From contig NZ_AP013028.1 in the NCBI RefSeq assembly GCF_000829315.1, forward strand, positions 240,001 through 272,000: DNA of 32,000 nucleotides. Direction: 5' to 3'. Of the stretch, positions 1 through 10,327 are shown piece after piece. Position numbers and translations under genes: made by a program. The number at the start of each line of letters is the position of its first letter. The stretch's first letter is position 1. The stretch comes from Wolbachia endosymbiont of Cimex lectularius (GTDB taxonomy: Bacteria; Pseudomonadota; Alphaproteobacteria; Rickettsiales; Anaplasmataceae). The notes under the pieces are model-generated. The model had not been told where the DNA came from, made no database searches, and saw only the letters and a list, made by a program, of their open reading frames with translations.

Positions 1-245
1 GAGCTTGACGATATTCCACTATCACTTGATATTGATACTGCATCAGAGTCAATGCTAAAAGTTGACAAGGAGTGGGTTCTATCTTTTCCAGGAATTCGGC
101 TATTTGTTTTAGCTTTTGATCTAACTTTTATTGGTATTGTTTCACTTTTGACTGAAGTGGAGTCAAAAATAATCGGGCTACTGATAGCCTTTATAGGCTG
201 ACCAGCTGATTTCGACCTTTTTGATTTTCCCGTCTTTTTACTCAT
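1..245 (-). CDS. Partial hypothetical protein, N-terminal part only, runs off the left edge; basic and Ser/Lys-rich
   Basis: Open from ATG (complement of 243-245) to the edge: MSKKTGKSKRSKSAGQPIKAISSPIIFDSTSVKSETIPIKVRSKAKTNSRIPGKDRTHSL...; preceded by a purine-rich GAGGG stretch. Confidence 0.55.
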   Translation of the reverse strand, partial: MSKKTGKSKRSKSAGQPIKAISSPIIFDSTSVKSETIPIKVRSKAKTNSRIPGKDRTHSLSTFSIDSDAVSISSDSGISSS

Positions 246-413
246 TTCAAACCCTCAATTCATTACCAATACAACTTAATTTTAAATGATAACTATTAAC
301 TATGCATGAATATTATTTTTGGCAAAGTCTCTTGCGATGCTCAAAAGTAGAAACAAAGGCTTGATTTTTATATCCAAATAATAGACTATCAAAGGCACAC
401 ATAAATATCTACA

Positions 414-2999
414 ATGCAAGAAAAAACTTTCACAATCATCGATGGTTACGGCTTTCTTTTCAGAGCTTATTACGTTTTGCCTCATTTAGTTACCTCAACC
501 GGTATGCCAATAGGTGGCGTGTATGGCTTTCTAAATATGGTTCTTAAGTACATTACTCACTCGGATTACTTGACCATAGCATTTGACTCTGGCAAAAAAA
601 ATTTCAGGCACGATTTATACCCCGAGTACAAAGCAAACAGGGTAACTCCTCCTGAGGACTTGATTCCACAGTTTGCAATACTGAGGGAAGCAGTAGAAGC
701 TTTCAATCTCAGCTATGAAGAGATTGAAGGCTATGAAGCAGATGACATAATTGCAACACTAGCTGCGAAATACGCCAACCACCAAGACTTTAAAGTGGTA
801 GTAGTTTCGTCAGATAAAGATTTGTTTCAACTCTTGAATCACAACATTTTAATATTCGACCCTATCAAAAATATATACATAGATGAAAAACAAGTAATAG
901 GAAAATTTGGTGTAAATTCAAACAGGCTTCTTGATTTATTTTCTCTAACTGGAGATGCATCTGATAACATCTCGGGCGTTCCAGGAGTAGGCCCAAAGAC
1001 TGCAGCCAAATTGTTGGATGAATTTGGTTCCTTGGACAATATTCTGGAAAACATTAGTAGCATTGAGCAAACGAGGGTACGTAATATTCTTACCGAACAT
1101 AAGGAAAAAGCGCTAATTTCACGAAAACTTTTATTACTATGCGAGAAAGTAGATCTTCAGCATGATGTTGCAAAATATGAAGTTCATCCTCCAAATATGG
1201 AGAAATTGTTATCCTTTCTAAAGAAGTATGAGTTTAATTCATTAATAAACAAAGCGGAGAAGCTTTTTTCCTATAATAAACCCAGCGCGGAAAAGAAACT
1301 AGAATATAGTAGTGAAGAATTAGAAAAATTTTTGGAGCACTGCAGATATGAAGGCAAAATCGCAATCTATTGCCATTTTGAAAACAATGTACTCAGTAAA
1401 ATCTCCTTGTCTTGCAGTGAAGATGATATTTTCTACATAGATCAAAACTGCCTACAAGATGCACTAATCACAATCAACTTAGTTTTGTTTTTAAATGGGG
1501 TGCTTAAAATAATACATGATGTTAGACAGGTCAGAGAAACATTTTCTACAATAGAAAAAGTGCTAGGCTCAGTTGATGATTTGATGACAATGTCATATAG
1601 CCTTGACACAGGGAAGCATGATCACAGCATTCCAAGCATAATTGCACATAATTTTAGTGAAAATGTAGAGGTTTTCTCAGCAAAAACTTTAATAGCAATC
1701 CATGAAAAGCTGACACAAAGATTGTTCCAGGAAAAGCTTTTTACAATTTACGAGCGCTTCGATAAGCCGCTTATGAAAGTGATACTCAACATGGAGAAAA
1801 ATGGAATATTATTAAACATTCAAAAACTGCAGGAATTGTCTGATAAGTTTCAACAGTTACTCACTGTGCTTGAGGATGATATATATAATTTGGCAGGAGA
1901 AAGATTCAATATTGCTTCGCCAAAACAATTAAGTGATGTTTTGTTTAATAAAATGGGGCTTAATAAGAAGAAAAAGTTAAAATCAGGATCGTATAGCACA
2001 AACTCTGAAGTACTAGAAGAACTTGAAATGGAAGGAGCTGAAATTGCAAGTAAGATTTTAGATTGGCGACACTTAAGCAAGCTAAAGGGTACCTATACCG
2101 ATGCGCTAATAAAGCGGGTTGACCCTCTTGATGGTAGAGTACACACGAGCTTCTCAACAACTGCAACAGGTAGGCTTAGCTCCAGCAATCCTAATTTGCA
2201 GAGTATTCCTATCAGAAGTGAAGAGGGAAGCTTTATCAGGCAAGCATTTATTGCACCAAAAGGATACAAGATAATTTCTGCCGATTATTCACAAATAGAA
2301 TTGAGACTTTTGGCACATATCGCGAATGTTGCAGCATTTAAAGAGGCTTTTGCAAATGGACAAGACGTTCACAATATCACCGCAAGGCAAGTTTTTGGAG
2401 TGCGAGAAGGTACAGAGGTAGATAAACAGCTAAGGCAAAAGGCAAAATCCATTAATTTTGGCATTATATATGGCATTAGCCCGTTTGGCCTTGCAAGGCG
2501 GTTTAAAATTACCGTTGAGGAAGCTGCCGAATACATTGATTATTATTTCTCCTGTTATCCAGAGATAAAGGTCTATATGGAAAAGGAGATGTCTATCGCG
2601 AGACAGCACGGCTATGTAGAAACTTTGTTTGGTAGAAGATGCTTTGTAGAAGACATAAACAATAAAATCCCTTACTTAAGGCAATTTGCAGAAAGGGCAG
2701 CGATAAACGCACCTGTGCAAGGAACTGCTGCTGATATAATAAAAAGTGCAATGATTCGACTTTATGATCAGTTAAAAGCTGGTAAAATAATTCTCCAAGT
2801 TCACGATGAGCTACTGGTCGAAGTAGAGGACGACAAGGTACAAGAAACAGCAAAACTTGTGAAAAACGTAATGGAAAATGCAGTAAAAATTTCCGTACCA
2901 CTTGAAGTGGAGGTAAAAATTAGTGACAACTGGGGCTCAAATTTTCTTAATTATGATTTAAACACCGCAAATTCCGAGAGTATAAATCATTTGAACTAA
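414..2999 (+). CDS. polA: DNA polymerase I
   Basis: 861 aa; N-terminal 5' nuclease domain (FDSGKKNFRHDLYPEYKANR, GYEADDIIATLA, GVPGVGPKTAAKLL) and Pol A motifs (ADYSQIELRLLAH, RQKAKSINFGIIYGISPFGLA, QVHDELLVE). Confidence 0.97.
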   Translation: MQEKTFTIIDGYGFLFRAYYVLPHLVTSTGMPIGGVYGFLNMVLKYITHSDYLTIAFDSGKKNFRHDLYPEYKANRVTPPEDLIPQFAILREAVEAFNLSYEEIEGYEADDIIATLAAKYANHQDFKVVVVSSDKDLFQLLNHNILIFDPIKNIYIDEKQVIGKFGVNSNRLLDLFSLTGDASDNISGVPGVGPKTAAKLLDEFGSLDNILENISSIEQTRVRNILTEHKEKALISRKLLLLCEKVDLQHDVAKYEVHPPNMEKLLSFLKKYEFNSLINKAEKLFSYNKPSAEKKLEYSSEELEKFLEHCRYEGKIAIYCHFENNVLSKISLSCSEDDIFYIDQNCLQDALITINLVLFLNGVLKIIHDVRQVRETFSTIEKVLGSVDDLMTMSYSLDTGKHDHSIPSIIAHNFSENVEVFSAKTLIAIHEKLTQRLFQEKLFTIYERFDKPLMKVILNMEKNGILLNIQKLQELSDKFQQLLTVLEDDIYNLAGERFNIASPKQLSDVLFNKMGLNKKKKLKSGSYSTNSEVLEELEMEGAEIASKILDWRHLSKLKGTYTDALIKRVDPLDGRVHTSFSTTATGRLSSSNPNLQSIPIRSEEGSFIRQAFIAPKGYKIISADYSQIELRLLAHIANVAAFKEAFANGQDVHNITARQVFGVREGTEVDKQLRQKAKSINFGIIYGISPFGLARRFKITVEEAAEYIDYYFSCYPEIKVYMEKEMSIARQHGYVETLFGRRCFVEDINNKIPYLRQFAERAAINAPVQGTAADIIKSAMIRLYDQLKAGKIILQVHDELLVEVEDDKVQETAKLVKNVMENAVKISVPLEVEVKISDNWGSNFLNYDLNTANSESINHLN

Positions 3000-3034
3000 T
3001 ATGAAAAATATGCTACAATTAAAGTATAGTAAAT

Positions 3035-4129
3035 GTGAGTAAGTCAGTTATGACAGGAATATTAGCTCTACAAACAAAGGATTCGAAATCTTCTATTCAG
3101 TTAACTGACGAAGATAAGAAAACTTTTGAAAAAAAAGAACATCAGTTAATCTATCGTGCTTTTCTAGATACTTTAGAGAATCCAGAGAAGCAAACACAAC
3201 AGGAGATAGAGGAAATAGCAAAGGAGCTGCAAAAAAAACTTTCAGAGGAGCAAAAACAAAAATTACTGGGTGATCTGAAGTCATTAAAGGGACGGGTACC
3301 TCGATTACAGAATGAAAATGAAAAGAAAATTTTTACTTTTGTACTTGAGAATAGTAAAGATATATTCAAGAATGTCGATCCAGAAGATATAAAGTCACTA
3401 AGTGAAGAAAATTTCCTTCAGTTTTTAATTTCCGTATTTGAGAAAATTAGAGAAAAAAATTTAGCTAGCAAAGAGAATTTAGGGAATAGTAAAATAAAAG
3501 AAGTAATTGATGAGTGTATAGATGATATACGCGGTACAGAAGCTAAAGATTCACTTATAAAGCTTGCTGGGTGGCCGTTTGGAATAAAGGTAGATCCTAA
3601 AAACATTTCTGGCTCCTTGATGAGTGGGCTAAAAGAAAAAGTACCATTTTTAGGTGGAGGTAAAGAAAAAGATGAGCCACCACTTAGTGATGAAGAAATG
3701 GTAACAACGTTCTTACGTAAATCTTTACTTCCTGTTGCTCTTTTTGCTTTTACGACATTAGTCTTTGGCACTGGCCCAATTATGCTAAGTATTGCTGTTG
3801 TTGGACTTTTATTCACTGAAGTAAATGCAGTCAAAAGTCTTTTTTCAAATAACAGGAAAGGTACTTTGTATAACCCTGATACTGAAAAGGAGAAAGAATG
3901 GGGTGGTGAAATTGGTAGTAGGATTAGTGAAATTCTAGAAACTCCAGTTAAGGGGGCTGGAAAAGATAATCAACCTGCTTTAGCAGAAGAGCAGCTTACT
4001 CAAAAGGGTAAGCTGCCTACTGTACCTGGGCAAGGAGTTAATCGAGCGAAACAAGAACGATCCTTTCAGAAGCAAGAAGACGAGCGACGAAAAGAAGCAG
4101 AAAATCAGGCCAATACCCTTAACTTATAA
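3035..4129 (+). CDS. Hypothetical protein with charged/coiled-coil N-terminus and a central hydrophobic segment
   Basis: 364 aa ORF with GTG start; hydrophobic stretch LLPVALFAFTTLVFGTGPIMLSIAVVGLLF; no family recognised. Confidence 0.7.
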   Translation: MSKSVMTGILALQTKDSKSSIQLTDEDKKTFEKKEHQLIYRAFLDTLENPEKQTQQEIEEIAKELQKKLSEEQKQKLLGDLKSLKGRVPRLQNENEKKIFTFVLENSKDIFKNVDPEDIKSLSEENFLQFLISVFEKIREKNLASKENLGNSKIKEVIDECIDDIRGTEAKDSLIKLAGWPFGIKVDPKNISGSLMSGLKEKVPFLGGGKEKDEPPLSDEEMVTTFLRKSLLPVALFAFTTLVFGTGPIMLSIAVVGLLFTEVNAVKSLFSNNRKGTLYNPDTEKEKEWGGEIGSRISEILETPVKGAGKDNQPALAEEQLTQKGKLPTVPGQGVNRAKQERSFQKQEDERRKEAENQANTLNL

Positions 4130-4222
4130 CTCAGTTGTATCTGTTCAGCGGAATGGTAAAATGAGATAGACAAGGTGCTCTAAAAAAAGTAATCATATAG
4201 TAAAAGTGAGTTTACAACAAAT

Positions 4223-4403
4223 GGTGTCATCCCAGTGCTCCGACACTGGGATCCAGCCTTTCCATAATCATCAAAACGTCGTATTTTAACATAAAACAGC
4301 TACTTTTATACTCACCAACTTAATAAAATTCCTGGATGCCAGTGTCAAGCACTGGCATGACACCCTAGTGGTAGGCTCAAATCACAATGTTCGTACAGTT
4401 GTG
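4223..4403 (+). repeat. Copy A of a 181-bp intergenic repeat containing two hairpins; inverted partner at 8687..8867
   Basis: ggtgtcatcccagtgctccgacactgggatcc...ggatgccagtgtcaagcactggcatgacacc...cacaatgttcgtacagttgtg; reverse complement nearly identical at 8687..8867. Confidence 0.93.
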
Positions 4404-4712
4404 TTATCTGCTTGCGAATGCGGGGGAGAGATTGCAATATGTGAAAAACCCTATATTCATCAAAAAGTTGATCTTCCGGAAATCAAGCCGTATGTAGTGG
4501 AATATCAGCTAGAGCATGGCCGTTGTCGAAAGTGTGGAAAAAGTAGCAAATTACCAGAAGGTGTGACATCAGATACATTTGGGCCAAGGGTTAAGTCGAT
4601 AATTGCGGCACTTAGTGGGTTTTACAAAAATTCAAAGCGTGGAGTGTTGTTTACCGCAAAAACTCATATTTTACACAATCGGAGCGAGGAAATACATTCC
4701 TTGAGCGAATAA
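4404..4712 (+). pseudogene. IS66-family transposase fragment (zinc-finger region only)
   Basis: Encodes CECGGEIAICEKPYIHQKVDLPEIKPYVVEYQLEHGRCRKCGKSSKLPEGVTSDTFGPRVKSIIAALSGFYKNSKRGV, typical of the IS66 transposase N-terminal half; the rest of the transposase is missing. Confidence 0.75.
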
Positions 4713-4977
4713 TTTCGTTATACTTAACATACAAAAGGAGCTAAATCCTTTCCACAGCCTCTTATCTATTGTTTCTTAAACCGCTCCCCTGAATGGATAC
4801 TATCAAACAAGATACATAATAAATTCGCTAAACCTCTATAATTGCAGGAAAACTTTTTAATTTACCATTGGGATTTGGTATTAGAAGGTATTAATAACTA
4901 CACACAATTTCTTGCAAATATTCAATCTTTTTGTGCCTAAATTTTTAAGCTCTGGATATGTTGATCAAAAAAATACC

Positions 4978-6786
4978 TTACGTTTGCTCTTCAACGCACC
5001 TCTTGATGCACACCCCTCCACTTTCCTCTGGCAAAAATCCACCAACTTGTGCATCCCATAGAGTCCTATACATTCCATTTTTATCGAGCAATGCTTGGTG
5101 CGTGCCGTCTTCTATAATCTTACCCTGGTCAAACACTAAAATACGATCCATATGCAAAAGTGTAGATAGGCGATGGGCTATTACTATTGTAGTTTTACCT
5201 TGCATCAACTCCCATAAGGATTCTTGAATGTTACTTTCAGTCACAGAATCAAGTTGTGAAGTTGCTTCATTAAGAATTAATATCGGAGCATTTTTTTAAA
5301 TAGCTCTTGCAATTGCAATACGCTGCCTCTGCCCACCTGAAAGTTTTACACCTCTTTCGCCAACAAGTGATTCATAACCCTGGGGTAATTTTGAAATAAA
5401 TTCATGGGCATGCGCACGTTTGGCAGCCTCTATCACTTCATCATCACTAGCATCTGCTTTGCCGTAGCGAATATTTTCCATCAGAGTCCTATGAAAAAGC
5501 GATGGATCTTGTGGAATCATTCCAATGTTTCTGTGCAAAGAATCCTGGGTTACATTACGAATGTCTTGTCCATCAATTGAAATTTTCCCAGATTTCACGT
5601 CATAAAGCCGGAGGATCAGATTCACAAATGTCGATTTACCACTACCTGAATAACCAACGAGCCCTACTTTTTGACCAGACTTAATTATTATGGATTTGTT
5701 TTCAAATATTGGTTCTGCATCTTTATAGTAAAAATGAACTTGATTAAAAGTAATTTCCCCTTTTTTAACGACCAGATCTGCTGCATCTGGCTGATCTTGG
5801 ATTTCAGGAATCACAGTAATTGTCCTCAAAGCCTGAGTAATCCTTCCCCATGACTTAGAGAACTGTGAGAAATCTTTAGCTATCATCCAAAGAAAATTAG
5901 CTATTGCTATATTAACAGTCATAACAAAAGCAAAATCTCCAGCAGTAATTGACCCTTGCCCCCTTCCTTTAATTAGGAAATATAAATTAAGTATTTGCAT
6001 GATTAGAAATAAGAAGCCATAGAAAGTAAAAATCCACGTATATAACCATTAAAGTTTCTGTTCTGCTTTAACGGCTTCACTATGAGTAGCTCGCAAAGAT
6101 AATTTTTCCTGGTACTTACTTGCAAACAACCTTACAGACATGATATTTGAGAATACATCCACCATTTTACCAGTAATGCTTGAACCAAGCTCTGACCACG
6201 CATCTGCAAGATGCGTTATCTTTCCTGCAAGTAAGAGGGAAGACAGAACAAATAATGCAGACCAAGTTAACATCAATAGAGCAAAATTAATATTTATTTG
6301 CCATAAAAAGTAAATTGCGATACTAAGCGCTAATGCACGACCCATGACCCTGTCAGCCATAATTTGCATAATATCTGGAATATAATTTGTCAAATCATTA
6401 ACCTTGTTGGCAAGACTGCCAGAGAAGTTGTTTTGGTAGTAGCTATTATCTTGATTTAATAATATGGCAATACTCGATTCAACAATGTTTTTACGGAGAT
6501 TAGGGATCATCTTAATTTCGCAAAAATAGTTGTATAATCTATTCATACACTCAAGTAAAAATAGTATTAGTACATAGGATATAGCAGGAGTTGCTATGCT
6601 ATGAAAAAGATCATCTGCATCTGATATTGAAGCACGATCTATAATAATTTTTATCAAGTATGGACTAAAGGAAATATCAACAGCCCAGACTAATGCTGTC
6701 AGCAATACTATTGTAATATGAAACGGAAATGGGCGCAGCATTTTTAGAATGAAAGATATGACCTGCTTTGTTGTGATGTCATTCAT
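4978..6786 (-). pseudogene. ABC transporter, fused membrane/ATPase type (MsbA/multidrug-like), interrupted by two in-frame stops
   Basis: ORFs 6049..6786, 5296..6000 and 4978..5244 lie in one frame, separated by TAA at 6049-6051 and TAA at 5296-5298. Walker A GYSGSGKST, signature LSGGQRQRIAIARA, degenerate Walker B ILILNEATS, switch His IAHRLST. Confidence 0.92.
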
Positions 6787-6881
6787 TTGAACTACACGCG
6801 GAAATGCTAATCAATTTGAAAAATTTACGCTGCCTTGTATCATAATATCTTATCAATCAAAAATAAAAAAGGGAAATAGCC

Positions 6882-8174
6882 GTGCTCAACATACAAAATA
6901 ACGCTCCACTTTGCAGGCAATGGATATTCTTGGCAGTATGTGCTCTTGCTTGTTCTGGGTTGCTATCAATAATTGTTATTTTTCTACGATTGCCTTTTAT
7001 TTCCTCTCTCATTCCTTCTGCACAATATATTTTTGACAATGCGCTGGTGATACACGTGAACTTGTCAATTTTGGTGTGGATGTGCTCTATAATATCTCTG
7101 CTCCTTATCATAAATCTACAAAACACCAATAATTGGCTCAACTTTTTATGGATTCTTTCAACCCTTTCCATGCTGCTGATGTTTATATCCGCATTTGTCC
7201 CAGACACTGAAGTTATCAAAAGTAACTATATTCCCGTATTACAAAACAAATTGTTTTTGTTTGGGCTCGGTTTGTTTATTACCAGCATATTGGCAAATGC
7301 AGTCCTCAACTACGTGTCAAGTAAACAAGCTTCGTACCTTTCCGTTGGGCAAATTGGACTGGTTATTATACTTGTATCATCATTTCTTTGCTTTGCTCTA
7401 GCCCTCAAAAATATGCCTACAGGTCTGTATCACTCGGATAAGAGTTTATTTTACGAATATCTCTTTTGGGGAGGCGGTCATTTGCTGCAATTTGCCTTTG
7501 CTCAAGGGATGTTTTTGGTTTATTTGATAATGCTAAATTCCAGCGTCAATCTAGCTTCAAGCAATAAAATTTTACCGCTATTTATCAACACAATCTTGGC
7601 TGTAGGCGCGCCGTTTATATATTTCGTTTATTCGGTGGATAGTGCTGAATTGATACAGTTTTTTACTTGGCATATGAGGATTGCTGGAGCAGTTTTGCCG
7701 TGTTTCTTAATAATGCTCGTGTATCGCAATATAAAGGCCTTACTTGATGAGAAGGGCAATTATTTGCTCCATTCATTTGTATTATTTATCTATGGAGGCA
7801 TGCTTGGAGTGTTGACTATTGAGGGAAATGTCACCATTCCTGCTCATTACCATGGTTCTGTGGTTGGTATCACTATAGCTTTTATGAATTTTGTCTACTG
7901 GCTGTTGCCAAAACTAGGCTGTAAAGAGATAAAAAGCTCTGTGGTAAGATTACAGATTTATGCATACAGTTTGGGACATTTTCTCCATATTACTGGCCTC
8001 GTATGGCTTGGTGGGTATGGCGCTTTAAGGAAAGTTGCGGATTTACCAAGCATTTCGTCGGTGCTAGCGCGCATCTGTTTCATTATGGGTGGAGCTGTAT
8101 CAGTTGTTGGTGGAATGCTGTTCGTAATAATTGTGCTTTTATCTCTACTTAAAGGCAGGGCGCGTACCAACTAA
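6882..8174 (+). CDS. Multi-pass membrane protein resembling heme-copper oxidase subunit I (cbb3/NOR-like)
   Basis: 430 aa, about 12 hydrophobic segments, with His-rich helices: VIHVNLSILVWM, GGHLLQFAFAQG, FTWHMRIAG, PAHYHGSVVGITIAFMNFVYWLLP, GHFLHITGLVWLGGYG. Confidence 0.65.
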   Translation: MLNIQNNAPLCRQWIFLAVCALACSGLLSIIVIFLRLPFISSLIPSAQYIFDNALVIHVNLSILVWMCSIISLLLIINLQNTNNWLNFLWILSTLSMLLMFISAFVPDTEVIKSNYIPVLQNKLFLFGLGLFITSILANAVLNYVSSKQASYLSVGQIGLVIILVSSFLCFALALKNMPTGLYHSDKSLFYEYLFWGGGHLLQFAFAQGMFLVYLIMLNSSVNLASSNKILPLFINTILAVGAPFIYFVYSVDSAELIQFFTWHMRIAGAVLPCFLIMLVYRNIKALLDEKGNYLLHSFVLFIYGGMLGVLTIEGNVTIPAHYHGSVVGITIAFMNFVYWLLPKLGCKEIKSSVVRLQIYAYSLGHFLHITGLVWLGGYGALRKVADLPSISSVLARICFIMGGAVSVVGGMLFVIIVLLSLLKGRARTN

Positions 8175-8300
8175 GAAACGGAACTAAAAAACTACTTGAC
8201 AACTTTCGCCGTTACCCTTATAATGAGACTGAAGCTATTTGTTTATCTTCGCAATCTGTGCAGGTTAATGACAAAAAACTTAGGGTATTTGGCGTCTCAT

Positions 8301-8370
8301 GTTTAAATTTTTGTACTATGTGCACCTTACGTCTTTTTAAAACTTCTGGTTTTTACCTATACAAGCTGAA
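8301..8370 (+). repeat. Dispersed about 70-bp repeat with a second copy at 31931..32000
   Basis: gtttaaatttttgtactatgtgcac...ctatacaagctgaa here versus gtttaatttttcgcactatgtgcac...cccatacaagctgaa at the right edge. Confidence 0.7.
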
Positions 8371-8686
8371 ACGCGCTTATAAGTCGTTTAAGACAGTATA
8401 GAACGTCAAATAGACAAGGGAGAATTTGAATACTAGCTGCCCTAGAGTTTTTTTGCCTTTTTTTCCGCTCAGTAAAATTTTTAACGTTTACAGTTTTGAT
8501 TAGTTGCATTTAAAAGTAGCTGAATCGTAGCGCTGAGAATAAAAACGCCGATATTTGAGGTACATATAAATAATTAGCCACCAACTGGGCTTCTTTCGCC
8601 TTTTTTTTGCTTGGTAAATTTTTTAATGCTTATAGCTAGTTGCAATTTATGAACTGGGTAAAGTGTTGTCATTCCAGCGCGTGACG

Positions 8687-8867
8687 CACAACTGTACGAA
8701 CATTGTGATTTGAGCCTACCACTAGGGTATCATGCCAGTGTCAAGCACTGGCATCCAGGAATTTTATTAAGTTGGTGAGTATAAAAGTAGCTGTTTTATG
8801 TTAAAATACGACGTTTTGATGATTATGGAAATGGTGGATCCCAGTGTCGGAGCACTGGGATGACACC
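8687..8867 (-). repeat. Copy B of the 181-bp repeat, inverted relative to 4223..4403
   Basis: Base-by-base reading of the reverse complement matches copy A with only a few substitutions. Confidence 0.93.
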
Positions 8868-8950
8868 GTCTGTTAAGCAAATTACCTGCTAATTGCAATG
8901 TTCGTACAGTTGTGCGCGTGACGCTTGCATGATCAAGAGAAAACAGGAAT

Positions 8951-10189
8951 CTAGACTGTAACTTTCGATTTAACCCAATGATATAATTTACTTATTTTAC
9001 CATCCTGGCCGAGCATTCCGGGACTATTTTTATAAAAAGTATCAACTATTAGTTTTATAGAACCTATGGCAGCAGAAAATACAGGATTTTTATCATATTC
9101 GCCATCAAGGCCACTACACGACTTAGGACACCCAATACGGACTTGCTTATTGAATATATAGCTTGCAATCTCTTTCATGCTTGTGAGCTGACTAGTTCCG
9201 CCTGTGATGACTACTTTGTTAATCGTGTCTTTTTGCTCCCGAAATTGCTCTTTTACTAGTTCAAGTATTTCTTCGATCCTCGGTCTTATAATGTCAACAA
9301 GTTCAGATTTGAGCACTTGGGTCGGTTCATCACTTTCATTATTTTGCACTGTGATATACTCGTTTTCATCTATTGAAGTCACGATAGTATTGCCATATAG
9401 TATTTTTATGCGCTCTGCATGTTCTATGCTTGTACATAGTCCATAAGCAATATCTCGAGTGATATGAATGCCACCAATTGGAATGCTGTCTGCGTATATA
9501 AGTTTCCCCCTCTTAAAAATTCCAATTGCAGTGCACCCACCTCCTATGTCAACAATGGCAGTTCCGAGCTCTTTCTCATCTTCACTGAGACAAACAAGAC
9601 CTGCAGAGTATGAAGATGCAATACAGCCGGCCATACTTAGCCCACTGTTATTGGTTACGCAGTTTTCAATATTGGTAAGCGCCGGACGAGAAGCAGTGAC
9701 AACATTAACGTCAGCAGATAATCTTTTTCCATACAATCCACTAACTTCCTTTATGTCGGTCATGTCATCTAAGTGATATTTTAGTGGTATATTGTGAATG
9801 ATAACATTTTCCTCAATATATTTCTCAAACGTTTGGAAGACTACACGTTTTATGTCCCGGTCAGAGATTTCATGATTAGCTGCAATAATTTCATTGTGCA
9901 CATTGAAAGATGAAATTCCACATCCGGCAATATTAACATATATCTGATCTATAGTCTCCTCCGATACTTGCTCAGCCAGACCTATAGTTGATGAAATAGA
10001 GTAATTTGCATGCTTTACGTCGGTTATTGATCCACCATTTATACCTTCTGCAATCTTATAACCTGTTCCTGTTATTTTATAACTGAAATTGCCACTGACC
10101 TTGACGATTAGACAAATAATCTTTGTTGTACCTATGTCTAAAACAGCAAAAACACTTCTCTTTGGCTTTACTATTACTGCAGAGTACAT
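8951..10189 (-). CDS. ftsA: Cell division protein FtsA
   Basis: 412 aa; AVLDIGTTKIICLI phosphate-1 motif, GCGISSFNVHN, VDIGGGCTAIGIFKRGKL, IVITGGTSQLTSMKE; actin-like ATPase layout. Confidence 0.9.
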   Translation of the reverse strand: MYSAVIVKPKRSVFAVLDIGTTKIICLIVKVSGNFSYKITGTGYKIAEGINGGSITDVKHANYSISSTIGLAEQVSEETIDQIYVNIAGCGISSFNVHNEIIAANHEISDRDIKRVVFQTFEKYIEENVIIHNIPLKYHLDDMTDIKEVSGLYGKRLSADVNVVTASRPALTNIENCVTNNSGLSMAGCIASSYSAGLVCLSEDEKELGTAIVDIGGGCTAIGIFKRGKLIYADSIPIGGIHITRDIAYGLCTSIEHAERIKILYGNTIVTSIDENEYITVQNNESDEPTQVLKSELVDIIRPRIEEILELVKEQFREQKDTINKVVITGGTSQLTSMKEIASYIFNKQVRIGCPKSCSGLDGEYDKNPVFSAAIGSIKLIVDTFYKNSPGMLGQDGKISKLYHWVKSKVTV

Positions 10190-10327
10190 CAGTTGACCTT
10201 ATGACACAATTCAATTCAAATTGTAGCTTTCTTTAATAGTTTATATTCTATTATAAAAATACAGCAACATTTTAATATACCCCAAACACTGGACAAAGGA
10301 AAAAATAAAACATAGAATTATAATTTT

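Noticed and set aside
5296-6051. In-frame TAA codons in the ABC transporter considered as recoding
   Set aside because: No recoding context was recognised, and the altered Walker B fits ordinary gene decay better.
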